Shown here: positions 13,800 to 27,207 of the stretch, in pieces
Numbering within the stretch: the stretch's first letter is position 1
Layout: the number at the start of each line of letters is the position of its first letter
Source of the DNA: Camelus dromedarius
Taxonomy: Eukaryota
Assembly (NCBI RefSeq): GCF_036321535.1
Contig: NC_087447.1
Location: 48,486,001-48,550,000, forward strand
Reading direction: 5' to 3'
DNA length: 64,000 nucleotides
The notes under the pieces: model-generated
Told to the model about the DNA's origin: nothing
Databases searched by the model: none
The model's input: only the letters and a program-made list of their open reading frames with translations
Made by a program: the position numbers and the translations under genes

Positions 13800-16700
13800 C
13801 TTTGTTTCCAGCTTTATGGAAGTATAATTGATAAATAAAATCATAACATATTAAAAGTGTACAATATGATGATTTGATATACATTGTGAAAGGATTCCTC
13901 TCACGGAGTTACTCATCCATCACCTCACATATTTCCATTCCTCTTCCTTCTTTCTTTTTTTTTTTGTGAGAACATTTAAGTTCTACTCTCTGAGCAAATT
14001 TCAGTTATGCAATACAGTGTTATCAACTATAGGTACCTATTTCATATACATTAGCTCCTCGGACCTTATTCATCTTATAACTGAAAGTTTGTACCCTTTC
14101 ACCAACCTCCCTTTGTTTCCTCCAACTCCCAGAAATGACTTTTTTACAATCTATTTCAATACATTTGACTTTATTTTTGATTCCACATATAAGCGATACC
14201 ATGCAGTATGTGTCTTTCTCTGTCTAGCTTATTCCACTTAGCACAATGCTCTCCAGGTTTATCCATGTTGTCACAACTGACAAAATTTCTTTCTCTTTTG
14301 AGGCTGAATATTCCATTGTTTATATATTATACCACATTTTCTTGATCCAGTCATCCATGATAGGCACTTAGGTTGTTTCCATACCTTGGCTATTATGTAT
14401 AAGGCTGCAATGAACAGGGGAGTATCCCTTTAAGATAATGATTTAATTTCCTTTGGATACATACCCAGAATTGGGATTGCTGGGTCATATGGCAGTTTCA
14501 TTAATTTCTTGAGGAATCTTCACACTGTTTTCCACAGTGACTGTATCACTTTACATTCCCACCAACAGTGTACAAGAGTTTTCTTTTTCTCCAAATCCTC
14601 ACCAGCATTTATTATCTCTTTTCTTTTTGGTAACAGACATCCTAATCTGTGTGAGATGGTATCTCATTGTGGTTTTGATTTGCATTTCCTTGATTAGTGA
14701 TGTTGAGCACATTTTCATGTACCTATTGGCCATTTGTATATCTTCTTTGGAAAAAAAGTCTATTTAGGTCCTTTGCCCATTTTTTAACTGGGCTGTTTTT
14801 TTAAGACTATTGATTTGTATGAGTTCCTTGGTATATTTTGGATATTAATTCCCTATCAGATATGTGGTTTACAAATATTTGCTATCATTCCCAATGCTGC
14901 TTTTGCATTTTGTCAGCGGTTTTCTTTGCTATGCAAAAGCTTTTCAGTTTCATGTAGTCCCACTTACTTATTTTTGCTTTTGTTGCCTTGGTGTCAAACG
15001 GACATTTTAACAATATTAACTCTTAATCCATGAACATGGAATATCTGTCCATTTATTTGTGTTCTTTTCAATTTCTTTTATCAACGTCTTACAGTTTTCA
15101 GTGTACAGATGAAAAATTCACCTCCCTGTTTAAATTTATACCTAATTTGATTCTTTTTGATGCTATTGTAAATGGACTGTTCTCCTAAGTTCACTGTTTG
15201 TGTATAGGAACAAAATTGAATTTTGTATATTTATTTTGTACCTTGCAACTTTACTGAATTCATTGATTAGTTCCAACAGTTTCTGGCAGACTTTAGTGTT
15301 TCCTGTCATCCACAAACATTCTTATGATTCCTTGTATTTCTGTGGTATCAGTTATAATGTCTCCTATTAATCCTCTTTCTTTTTGTCTTGGTAAGTCTAG
15401 CTAATGGCATGTCTATTTTATCTTTTGAAAAAAACAGCTTTTAGTTTCACTGATCTTTTCTATTTAGGTCTTTTTAGTCTCTATTTCATTTATTTCCACT
15501 CTGATCTTTGCTATTTCTTTCCTTCTGCTAACTTTGGGCTAGTTTATTCTTTTTCTAGTTCCTTGAGGTGTAGAGTTATTTTTTTTCACTTGAGATCTTA
15601 TTTCTTAATGCACATATTTGTTGCTATAAAATTCCCTCCTAGATATGATTTTGTTGTATCCCATAAGCTTTGGTATGTTATGTTTCTACTTCTCTTTGTC
15701 TTAAATGATATTTTTTTCTCTTTTGATTTCTTCTTTGTTCATTGGTTGCTCAGGGGCCTGCTGTTTAATCTCTACATATTTGTGAATTTTATAGGTTTTT
15801 TTGTTTTTTGTATTGATTTTTAGTTTCATACCATTGTAATCCAAAAAGATGCTTGATATTTCAATCTTCTTAAATTTATTAAGACTTGTTTTGTAGCCTA
15901 ACATATGATCCATCCTGGAGAATGTTCCATGTGTGCTTGAGAAGAATATGTGTTCTGCTGTCGTTAGATGGAATATTCTGTGTATGTTTATAAGGTACAT
16001 CTGATCTAATGTGTCATTTGAGTCCAATCTTTCCTTATTGATTTTCTGTTTGGATGATCTATTCGTTGTTGAAGTCCTCTGTATTGTTGTTTATTTCACC
16101 CTACAGACCCACTAATATTTTCTTTTTGTATTTAGCTGGTGCTTTGGTGGGTACACAAATATTTACAATTGTTATAGCCTCTTGATGAATTGGCCAACTA
16201 TCATTATATAATGACCTCCTTGATCTTGCTACAGTTGGCTTAAAGACTATTTTGTCTGATATAAGAACAGGTACTCCCTACTCTCTTTTGGTTTCCACTT
16301 GCATGGAACATCTTTCATATTTCTTCACTTTGAGCTTTGTAGGGATTCTTAAAGCTGAAGTGAGTCTCCTGTAGGCAGCACATAGTTGGGTCTTGTTTTC
16401 AATCTGTTCAGCTACTCTGTCTTATAATTGGAGAATTTAGCCCATTTGCATTTAAAGTAATTATTGATAGGTATGAACTTACTGCTACCATCTTGTTAAT
16501 TGCTTCCTGGTTGATCTGTAGTTCTTTTGTCCCTTTCTTACTCTCTCCCTTTGTGATCTGATGATTTTCTGTAGTGGTATGTTTTGATTCCTTTCACTTT
16601 CTCCTCGGCATATCTACTATAGGCTTTTGCCTTGGGGTTACCATGAGGTTTATATAAAACATAACAATCTATTTTAAGGTGATAATGTAACTTTGAACAC

Positions 16701-18625
16701 ATACCAGAGCTCTCTCACACCCACATTAAAAATTTTTTGATTTCACAATCTGCATCTTTTACATTGTATATCTACTAAGAAATTATTGTGGTTATATTTA
16801 CTTACACTTTTGTCTTTTAACCTTCATACTAGATTTATAAGTAATTTATCTGCCATCATTAGAATAATAGAGCATTCTGAATTTAACTATAGATTTACCT
16901 TTACCAGTGAGTTTTATACTTTCATATGTTTCCCTGTTACTAATTAGTGCCCTTCCATTTCAGTTTGAAGAACTCCCTTTAACATTGCATGTAAGGCTGA
17001 TCTAATGGTGAGGAACTCCTTCAGCTTTTGTCTGTCTGGAAAATTCTTTCTCTCCTTAATTCTGAAGGACAACTTTGGCAGGTAGAGTATTCTTGGTTAG
17101 CTGTTCTTTTCTTTCAGTACTTTTAATATAACAGCCTACTCCCTTCTGGCCTGCAAAGTTTCTGCTGAAAAACTTGCTAATAATCTTATAGGGGTTCCCT
17201 AGTCCATAACAAGTTGCTTTCCTCTTGCTGTTTTTAAGATGCTTTCCTTGTAACTTGACAGTTTAATTATAACAGGGCTTACTGTGGGTCTCCTTTGATT
17301 TATCTTGTTTGGAACTCTCTGGGCTTCCTGGATCTGCATGTCTGTTTCTCTCCCCAGGTTAGGGAAGTTTTCAGCCAGTATTTCTTTGAATAAGTTTGAA
17401 ATTCTTATTGAAATTCTCACTTGGTTCATGCATTGTTCTCCTGATCTCAGTGAGCATCTTTATGACCATTATTTTTAACTTTCTGTCAGGTAAATTACTT
17501 AACTCTGCTTCATTAAGATATGTTTCTGGATTTTTATCCTGTCCTTTTGTTTGGACCATATTCCTCTGTTTCTCCATTTTCCTTGACTTTCTGTGTTGGT
17601 TTCTGCTTATTAGATAAAACAGTCACCTATCTCAAGTCTTCACAGAATGGTCTTGTGTAGGAGATGAACCTCACTGAGCAGCCCAGCCCAAGATCCTAGT
17701 TGTCTCATAAGCTTTTGTGATTGTCTAATACTTTGTTCTTAGTGGCTCCCAGTAGTTGAGGGTGTACTAAGACCCATCAGTGTCCCAAAGGGGAGGATTA
17801 TAGTCAACACCTAGATGTAGGCTGATTAGAAGCTGAATCCACAGCAGCAGCACTTTCCAGGGAGAAACTGGGAGATGGGTGTTTCTGCCTGCTTCCTCTG
17901 TGCTGGGTCCAGGTATATAGCTCTGATGGTGGGCGTGCTCCTGCACCCATTGAGAACTGTCTGCTGTATTCCTGTGGAGCTCATGAATGCAAGTTTTGTT
18001 GGTTGTTAGAGCTAGGCAATCTGGTGGCCTATTTTTTGGTGGCTGCTGTAAAACCTGGGGCATCAGATGTGTATATAAGCTCCCTCCAGAGAGACTGGTA
18101 ACTTGATTTTATTACTGGAGAAGGCTTGGGAGAGATGGCATGGGAGGCGTCTAGCAGCTTCCATATTCTCTGGAGATGACTGTAGTGAGCCTCTAGATGC
18201 CTGCTTAATTAGAAGGCTGGCCCTCAGGCAGTAGCTTTTAAAGTATGCAGATAAACCTTCTTCAGGGAAAGACTGGGAGATAGCTAATTTGGCTGCTCCT
18301 TCTTCACCAAGCCCTGGGGGATAGTCATGGTTTGAGAAGAGTGCTCTCCTGCAGTAAAGAATTAGTTCTTTGCTTGCTATTGTCTTGTGAGTCTCCTGGA
18401 TACCAGCCCCATTGGCTTTCAGAGTTAGGTATTTGGGGAGCCCATCTCTCTAGTGGGAGTCTTAAAAGTTCAGAGTGCTATGACAATGAATATATATATG
18501 TTCATGTATAACTGAAAAATTGTGCTCTACACTGGAATTTGACACAACATTGTAAAATGATTATAAATCAATAGAAAATGTTAAAAAAAAAAAAAAGTTC
18601 AGACTGCTGGATGTGGGGTTCATGT
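13800..18625 (-). mobile_element. Decayed near-full-length L1 (L1MA-like 3' end) with 5'UTR, ORF1 and internally deleted ORF2
   Basis: ORF1 remnant NLFKEILAENFPNLGRETDMQIQEAQRVP (17199..17429); endonuclease remnant FFSSTHGTFSRMDHMLG (15701..16027); L1 3'UTR at 13810-14260. Confidence 0.9.
18480..18596 (+). mobile_element. 5'-truncated young L1 3' end
   Basis: TSD aaaagttcaga(g/c)tgct at 18464-18479 and 18593-18608; near-identical to the ends of the 18885 and 33848 copies. Confidence 0.85.
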
Positions 18626-18884
18626 GCTTTGCCCTGCATCACATCAGCTCTCAGGAACCACTAATCTACTTTCTGACTCCACAGATTTGCCTATTTTGTA
18701 CATTTCATATAAATGTAATCATAAAATATTTACTCTTTTGTGACTGACTTCTTTTATTTAGTATGCATGCATGCTGTTTTCAAGATTCATCCATGCTGCA
18801 GCATGTTACTAGTACTTTATTCCTTTTTATGACCAAATAATACTACACTGTATGGATATACCACTTAAAAAAAATCCACTAATC

Positions 18885-19168
18885 AAATACAAAACAGAAA
18901 CAGACTCATAGACATAGAATACAAACTTGTGGTTGCCAAGGGGGCGGAGGGTGGGAAGGGGTAGACGGGATTTCAAAATTGTAGAATAGATAAACAAGAT
19001 TATATAGCACAGGGAAATATACATAAGATCTTATGATAGCTCACAGAGAAAAAAATGTGACAATGAATATACATATGTTCACGTATAACTGAAAAATTGT
19101 GCTCTACACTGGAATTTGACACAACATTGTAAAATGATTATAAATCAATAAAAAATGTTAAAAAAAAA
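18885..19168 (+). mobile_element. 5'-truncated young L1 3' end
   Basis: TSD aaaaaaaatccactaatc at 18867-18884 and 19161-19178; AATAAA and A-tail. Confidence 0.88.
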
Positions 19169-19251
19169 TCCACTAATCGTTGGATATTTTTTACTATTAT
19201 GACTATGGAATATCATGTACATATTTCTGTGTGGACTTACATTTTCATTTT

Positions 19252-19895
19252 CCAATATAAATCGTAGCAATGTTCTTCTAGGGCAGTCTACCCAGGCAAT
19301 AAAAGCAAATAAAAGCAAAAATAAACAAACAGGGCTTAATTAAACTCATAAGCTTTTGCATAGCAAAGGGAACCATAAATAGAATGAAAAGCCAACCTAC
19401 AGAATGGGAAAGAGTATTTGCAGATGATGTGCCATTTGCAGCGACGTGGATGGACCTGAGATTGTCATTCTGAGTGAAGTAAGCCAGAAAGAGAAATACC
19501 ATATGATATCACTTATACGTGGAATCTAAAAAAGTGACACAAATGAACTTATGTACAAAACAGAAACAGACTCACAGACATAGAGAACAAACTTATGGTT
19601 ACCAGCGGGGAAAGGGAAGGGTGGAGGGATAAATTTAGAGTTCAGGATTTGCAGATACTAATTACCATATATAAAATAGGCAAATAATAAGGGCCTACTT
19701 TATAGCACAGGGAACTCAATTCAATACCTTGTAATAGCCTATAATGAAAAACAATATGAAAAGGAATATATATATATATATATGTACACACACATATATA
19801 TACATACACCCAACTGAATCACCATGCTGTACACCAGAAATTAACACATCATTGTAAACCGACTATATTCAATTTTTTAAAAATGCCAAAAAAAA
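19252..19895 (+). mobile_element. L1 3' fragment (ORF2 C-terminus and 3'UTR, internally deleted) inserted in an older antisense L1
   Basis: aagcttttgcatagcaaagggaaccat, gtggaatctaaaaag, tatagcacagggaact motifs; A-tail at about 19888. Confidence 0.8.
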
Positions 19896-20770
19896 GTAGT
19901 AAGTTTTAAAATAGGGAAGTGTGAATTCTCCTATTTCTTTTTTGACATTGTTTTGGCTAGTCTGGGTTCCTTACAATTTCACAGTAATTTTGGAATCAGC
20001 TTATCAATCTCTACAAAGAAGTCAGCTGCGATTTTGATTGAAATTGCATTAAATCATGAACATGGGATTTTTTTCATTTATTTAGACCTTTAATTTCTTT
20101 AAACAATGTTCTGCAGTTTTCAGAGTTTATTTTACTTTTTCAGTTAAAGTTATTCCTAAGTATTTCATTCTTAACAATGCTATTGTAAATGGAATTGCTT
20201 CTTAATTTTATTTTTGTATTGTTCACCACAAGTATATAGATGTACAATTAATTTTTGTATACTGATTTTATATCTTGCAACCTTCCTATATGTATTAGTT
20301 CTAACAGTTTTTTGTGGATTCTTTAGGATTTTCTACATACCAGGTCATGTCACCTGTGAATAGAGTTAGTTTTACTTCTTCCTTTTCAATTTGGATCCCT
20401 TTTATTTTTTTCCTGCCTAATTGTGCAGGCCATATAGATAATAAGAGACAGACCCCAAATTTCAACTTGTGTGTGCTCTAAAATTCATACTCTTTTCATT
20501 ATATCCTTCTAACACTGGTACTGGAGAAAGATGAGAAGAATGGAAAGGTGAATTGGAGACCATTCTGTAAGTGAAGCTAATAATAGAAGGCTGAAGACTA
20601 GATTTTTATTTAGTAGGTAATGAATAACAATTTTTATTTTGTATGCAATGAATAACCAAGGGAATGACTTGGATATTCTAAGGAAATGTTGCCTTAGGAA
20701 GGTGAGTCTGTTAACAACGTACAGTTAGAGGAAGAATTTACAAGGAAGAAAGCTAGTTAAGAGTTCTTAC

Positions 20771-20899
20771 CTGCCCAATAGCAGCTGTATGGCTCTGGTA
20801 TCAGCTTTTGTGTCATGATTCCAAAATGTATTCTCTGCTGGAGGGAGGAGAGGATCTTCAATGTGTTCTTTAAATTGATTCCTAGATAAGGCTTTAATC
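20771..20899 (-). CDS. C2CD3: C2CD3 exon 7 ([16 protein letters not shown]...[12 protein letters not shown]), 129 nt
   Basis: TAG acceptor, donor CAG|GTAAGA; open frame, phase 2 to 2. Confidence 0.95.
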
Positions 20900-21347
20900 C
20901 TAAGGTATGAAAAAAATACTTTCTCAGTGGCTAGCTCATGGGAAAAATTTAAATCAGAATTAAGCTAAGAGATATACATGGAGATGATTCAACATGGAAA
21001 ATTTAACATACTTCAGGCCTTAATTACCTTAAATATATATAAAACTTCACAATTTACAAAGCCCTTTTCTACGTTAGAATCTCATTTCGTTTCTATAACA
21101 GAGAGAGGAGAGAACATCCCCATTTTACACACAAGCATGCTGGTTCAGAGGGAGCAAAGAATTTAGCCATTTACATATTTAGCAAGTGTTAGTGCTAGGT
21201 CGAGATTTTGAGTTTCTTAACTCCTTATTTAGGCTTCTTTACTTGCTGAAAATTTCCAAAATTATTTAGTCCATAACTTGACAAAAAACACATGTTAAGA
21301 ACTATTAAGAAATGAATTGTTGGGTTCATGTTTGTCCTGTTACTTAC

Positions 21348-21480
21348 TGTGTTGATGCTCTAAGAAAATCTTCCTTCAAAGGAGGATGAACTTCATCCAA
21401 CAACATGCTAGTATCTGGGCTTGATTTCATTGCAGAAATCACCATTGCATTACGTAGTTTATTGCCTTGTTCTAACAGAG
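21348..21480 (-). CDS. C2CD3: C2CD3 exon 6 ([23 protein letters not shown]...LRASTQ), 133 nt
   Basis: CAG acceptor, donor CA|GTAAGT; open frame, phase 1 to 2. Confidence 0.95.
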
Positions 21481-22159
21481 CTGAAGAGGGCAAAAGCAGA
21501 ACACAGAAACTCTAAAATTCAACAGAAATACTTGCAGTACTTAGCACTTTTCCTTATACCATAGGACTCACCACAGTGTACTGTAATGGCTGACTTGTCT
21601 GCCTTCCCCACTAGCTTGAGAATTCCGTGAGAACATTCACTTTATAAAGTGGACAAAAGTCCACTTCTATTATGTGGACTGTGTTAGATGTTGCCATTAT
21701 AGCAGTGAATTAAGTCTCTATTCCACAGAGACTGACCTCCCCCTATAATGGGAGTCATTATATACATGCACTGACTCTTCCAACTGGTGTTTGTACATAA
21801 AAGATTAGTGACATTTCTGTATTATTTTTGTATCCAGATACCTTATTGGATTTATTATTTGTAATGGTTTTAATGTCATTATTATCTAAGAAACACTAAC
21901 AACTATATCAGCTTAACTTTTAGGAGCCACAGTGCTAATCTAGTCCAAATTTATACTTTTATGGATGAAAAAAAGAATGCTAAAACATTTTCACGACTTG
22001 TCTAAGATCACGCTTCAGGTTAATAGAAAAGTCAGGATGAAGTCTTCAGACTTTCGGATAAGTAAAATTCATTTCATCCCTAAGTAATAACAAGAACAAG
22101 AACAATTACAGAGAGTAACATTTACTGAATCCTTATCAGATGTTGGGCACCACTCTAAT

Positions 22160-22182
22160 ACACACACACACACACACACACA
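22160..22182. repeat. (CA)n microsatellite
   Basis: Direct reading. Confidence 0.9.
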
Positions 22183-22694
22183 GTCATTTAATCCTCCCAC
22201 AAACCTCTGAAACAGGCACTACTTTACTATTTCCTCCATTTTCTAGATTGAAAAAAAAACAACTGAGGCATAGAGGCCAAGTAACTTGCCCAAGTTATAC
22301 ATGCACTAAATGTATAACCAGGATGACATCCTATGATTTTAACCAGTACATTATATATGATCCCACTTTAGTTCTTAGACTTCTTTTGAAAAGCTTAGGA
22401 ACACTGAGACATATCATCATTTTCTCGAGGTTCCACAGCTGCTTAGGAGTTAAGTGAGACTAGGTATCAAGTGCCTGTCTATCTTAGTCTAGAATTTTAT
22501 AGCTTCTAAAAATAAAGAAGATACGGTGGTCAGGCCAAGAAAAATAAAATAAGCCAAGCAGATCCATAAACATCTAACATTTGTTAGGATAAAGAGTTCA
22601 AAATATAGCTTAAAAACAAAACCCAAAAATCAGGAAACAAAACCCCGTGAAATATCGTATGTTTGATGTGTGAAAAAAAATAAAGATCACCCAT

Positions 22695-23309
22695 TGTGGT
22701 AGGCAGAATTCTGAGATAGTTCCCCCCAAATTCCTAGCCTCTGGTATACACATACCTTCTCCTAGTGATTCAAACAGTCAAGAAGTATTGGTGCGAAGGG
22801 ATTTTGCAGATGTAATTACGGTTCCAAATCAATTGACCTTAAGATCGGAAGATTGTCTTTTCAAAGGATCAAACCTTTAAAAAGCAGTTTTTTTTTCTCT
22901 GGCCGTTTGCAGGATATGAAGTCAGAGATTTAAAGCAGGAGAAGGATGTCAATGTATCATTGCTGACTTGAAGATGGAAAGGGCCATATGGCAAGATATG
23001 CATGTGGTGTCTAGGAGCTGAGAGTGGACTCTGGCTGACCACCAGAAAGGAAATGGGACTTTGGTCCTACTACTGCAAGGAACTAGATTCTGTCAACAAG
23101 AATGAACTTGGAAGTGACTTTTCCTCCAGACCTTCCAGATGAGAATTTAGCTTGGCTGACACCTTGATTTTAGTCTGATAACGTACGCAGAAAACCCAAC
23201 CATAACTTGTTGGACTCTGATCCACAGAACTATGAGCTAAAAAATGGGTATTTTTTTTTAGGCATCAAGTTTGTAGTAACTTGCTATGCAGCAGTAGAAA
23301 ACTATTATT
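22695..23309 (+). mobile_element. MaLR solo LTR (MLT1 family)
   Basis: Starts tgtggtaggcagaattct, ends gcagcagtagaaaactattatt; 5-bp TSD cccat at 22690-22694 and 23310-23314. Confidence 0.88.
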
Positions 23310-23390
23310 CCCATTAATGACACTACTCACAAATACTGGTTGTTAACACTTTGTACATTCCTTGTAGCTTTTTATCTATCATATATATAC

Positions 23391-23418
<28 letters not shown>
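23391..23418. repeat. (GT)n microsatellite
   Basis: Direct reading, about 14 units, preceded by a short (AT)n. Confidence 0.9.
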
Positions 23419-23421
<3 letters not shown>

Positions 23422-25689
23422 AATTTCTTCTGCTGCAAAAATGGTATATTATATATACTGTTTTATAACTGCTTTTTCACTTAATATGCATTAACTTTTT
23501 TGTATGTAAATAATGGTTATACAATATTCCATTTACAATTTATTGTATGTATTTTTGTTTTTATGAAAAAAAAAAATCTCTGGGATTCAGCCAGAAAACG
23601 ACTGTTTTATTTTTTTCCATAAGAAAGGATGAGGAAAATATGGTCTGCTAACATTGGGAATTTGGTTAAAGAAGCTTGCCATGTGACAGGAAACCCTTCT
23701 CCTTTTAGTTACTAGTTAATACTTGGGTTTATTTGATATGGTTTAAAGTTTTTTAATGAGGTGGTCACATTCAATAAATGCGTTGTGAGTAACGTAGTTA
23801 ATGACAAGCAGTGTCAATAACAAACTTCATTTGATTTCAGGGCCATGTAGAAAAATAGTTTTCCCACTGATACTCAAAATGTCTCTAGAGATAATAGCTT
23901 TGGTATTTTATGATCTAATCATATCCAACTATTTTTAATTCCTTACGCACAATACTTTGTGCTTTCAAAGCTCTGGGTATTTAATTCCAACAAAGAATTA
24001 TCATGCAGTGTTAAAACTGCCTATCTCAATCAATCAACTTTGAGATGAGGGACTGGCTTTTGTTAGTCTTTATATCCTTGGTGCCTGGGACAATGCCTGG
24101 TATATATCAGGCATTTGATAAAATGTTCTAATAAATACTTTCACTGTTGCATATATCACACCTAATTGGACTGTATCTGCTTTAGAGTTTGTTTCCTTTA
24201 CTAGACTGAATTCATTAAGATCAAGGACTGTATCTTATTTATCACTGTAAGCCAGATACTCAAAACAATGACTGACTCAAAAGATATCTGCTGAATTGAA
24301 TAGAGCTTAAAGTTTTTATCCTTGTTAGATAAAAATTCCTCTGGGAATGGTTAATATTTTAAGAGTGATTTAATCAGTCATTTAAGTCTGAATAGGAATA
24401 GTTACTTAAAACATTTTCCAATAGTAGGTCTTAAAGAAATAAAGAATGAAGACAAGTAGGACAAATCTGAGCACAGGCGGTTCACTCATTAGCCTCCAAG
24501 TGGTTTCTTCCTTGAAACAGCCACACTTGAAAAAGCTTCTCTAAATTCTGAGGCATGGCAACAAAAACAGCTTATCTCCTCTTCTTAAGAGGAAGCTGGT
24601 ACCTATACTAAAAGAGCTGTCATGGCATCTTCCTGCACCTCATCTCAACCATCATTGTCTGAACATAAAGGAAAGGCACTCAGGTGAGTTTAGGACAAAT
24701 GATTCCCTTGTTTATTTCCTACACACCATAGGCATAGCCCCTGCTAAACAGGGAGGTATATAGCTTCTGGTTTTCGTTCCAGCTCCTTGCTATATATTCT
24801 AAACCCCATCTCTTACAAGTAGGATGCAGAGGTAGTGTTCATAAATACTAGCTGGTTGACTAATTCAGTTCTGTACCCCCTTTTCTGGTATGATGTCAAT
24901 ATAATAAAGACAAGGAAGACAACCAGGTTAATACATTTGTTATAACCCTCCATGACCTCAGTTCTAGACCTACCACAATGGCCCACTTAATCTTAGTCCT
25001 CCACAATTTTGTGGTTGAAAGGGATCTTTAAAATTCATATCTGCCTTGATGATTTAATTCTATCTGTCAGAGTCTCATAACAATGTTATCCAGCCCATAC
25101 TTCCATTTCCAGTGATACAGAATTCACTATCTCTTGAAGCTATCCTTTCCCATTTTTGCATAGGTAGGACTATTAACTCAGACTGAATTACAATCTATCT
25201 TGTTTTACCTTAAAACTCAATGATCCTAGTAACTCTTATGGAAGAGGTTGCACATTGGCAGCCCATGGGTTGTATCTGTCACATTTTTGTTTGGCTTGAA
25301 CAGTAGGCCAGCATAGCCTTGATTAAAACAAACAAACAAGCAAACAAACAAAAACAGGCCTAGGTAAACAACAAACCTACAATAGGATGAAGCAGAGGAC
25401 TTTGCCTTAGAGTCTAAGATAATAATGAACTGGAGCTGAGAAGCAGCTGTCCTCTTTGGCAAGGCAGGAGCTCCCTAACTGTGTCCTCATTTTTAAAATG
25501 GGGTTAACAATCTCTATCTCACTTGGTTTTTGTTAGATTATGTGTATAGAGCACCTGGCATAGTAGTTAGCACATAACGAATACTCAATAAATGCTATCT
25601 GTTTTCTTGAGGCTAAATATCTCTCAGTGGTCCCTTCACCAATCTAGGTACCCTGCTTATAAGGAACTCACCTTCTATAGATCTTTACT

Positions 25690-25972
25690 ATAATGCTACC
25701 TTCTTTAAGAGGCCTTCCTTTGTCAACCTGTACAAAACTAACATTCCCCCCGCTCACCTTTCTTGCTTCATTTTTTCCCATTGCCATTATCATCATCTAA
25801 CACTATGTACTTATTTATCTAGCTTATTATTGGTCTTCCCATCTAGAATATAAGATCTATATGGCAGGATTTTTGTGTTTTTTTTTTATTTAAATTGCTG
25901 TATTCCTAACACCTAGAAGAGTGCCAGACATTTGATAACTGCTGAATAAATAACTGCTTAATGAGTGAATAA
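25690..25972 (+). mobile_element. L2a 3' end within L3/CR1 remnants (about 25005-26090)
   Basis: gaggccttcc..ctagaatataagatc..gctgtattcc..cctagaagagtgcc..aatgagtgaat. Confidence 0.65.
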
Positions 25973-26959
25973 ATATCTTCCTCAAAGTCTGGTGCCCAGG
26001 TCTACATAAAATATTCCAAATGTGAGCTGACAAGTGCTGAGTATAGTGGGAAAATTTTCTTTTTTATTAATGTAGCCTAGGGTTGCATTAAAGTCTAAAA
26101 TTAATATATCAAAATCATAGTATAATTTTAAGAATAGGGGATCATAAATATTTCAGTTGAAAAAATGTGAACAGAGTATCTTTTCATTAAAAGAAATCCT
26201 TACTAATGTAAATTATGTACCCAACCACTTTTAATTTAAAAGACTTTCTACTAACACTGCAGATACTCTACTTTGGAAATTTTAATTGTGAGGGTGGAGA
26301 TAAATTCCTGTCATGCCCTTGATGTCACAGAGATATATGGTTGACATTACAATGTAATGTAAGGTACCAAAATTGCTTTTATAATATCACTCCCTGTCAT
26401 GAGATAATCCCATTGAGTTCCTATTTGCTTTTTTATTTCAGTCTAAGCCCTTACATGGATAAACTGACTCCTTCCTATTTCTCTTTGGCTGTGAGTCATA
26501 TTTAATTCTTAGGCTTAAGATCAGCAGTTGCTGGGCACTGAATGCTCCTACTGAAACCAAATTTTCAGAATGTGAAATGGATTTAGTACCAGCCTCTGTA
26601 CAATGGTACAAGTAAATTCTGATGATGAGACAAAAACCCTATTTGCTTTGAATTATCTCGGAAAAAATGAGAACGAATATTTTTCTATGATAAAGGCTTT
26701 CCTCCTAAACCCAGATTCATTTTAAATGGTTCCTTTCCTAAACGTACAATTGTAAGTACCTAGTAATTACTTACAAGTTACTTAACGGTTTAATAGAGCA
26801 GCCTTTAAATGGTGAGAGATTCTGGACTCTAGTAAGATTATTCACTTTTATTTGGCTATTTAGTTCAAAGAGAAGCCTTGGTTCTCTTTGCAGGTCCCCT
26901 AGTGAGTAGAGTAGTCCTGATAAATATAGCTTAGTCTCAGTTCATAAATATATACATAC

Positions 26960-27207
26960 CCGAAAGGAGGTCTTTGGTAGGGGGGTTGTTTGAAGAAAGA
27001 ATGCATGAGTCACTGCAACTCTTGGCAACTGTCCTAATTTGGGGCTGGAATTCAGAACTGTTGAGAAGGGACATCTGCTTCTGTGGGGCTTTGCCTTTCA
27101 GAGTCATAGACTCTAAACTCTGTCCTGAATTAAGATGGTGCTGTAGTCCAAAGAAAGAATCCTTTATCGTATCAGAGTTCTCTGTAGGGTACAAGTGGTC
27201 CTTTCCC
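26960..27207 (-). CDS. C2CD3: C2CD3 exon 5 ([17 protein letters not shown]...PTKDLLS), 248 nt
   Basis: CAG acceptor, donor G|GTATGT; matches ORF 26937..27194; phase 2 to 1. Confidence 0.95.

Larger units (their letters stand above)
18630..20430 (-). mobile_element. Old L1 (L1MB-like) fragments hosting the 18885 and 19252 insertions
   Basis: ctaatctactttctg..gatttgcctattttg, gctattgtaaatggaattg motifs. Confidence 0.7.

Noticed and set aside
15404..15823. 139-aa hydrophobic Phe/Leu-rich ORF resembling a membrane protein
   Set aside because: It is the antisense reading of A-rich L1 ORF2
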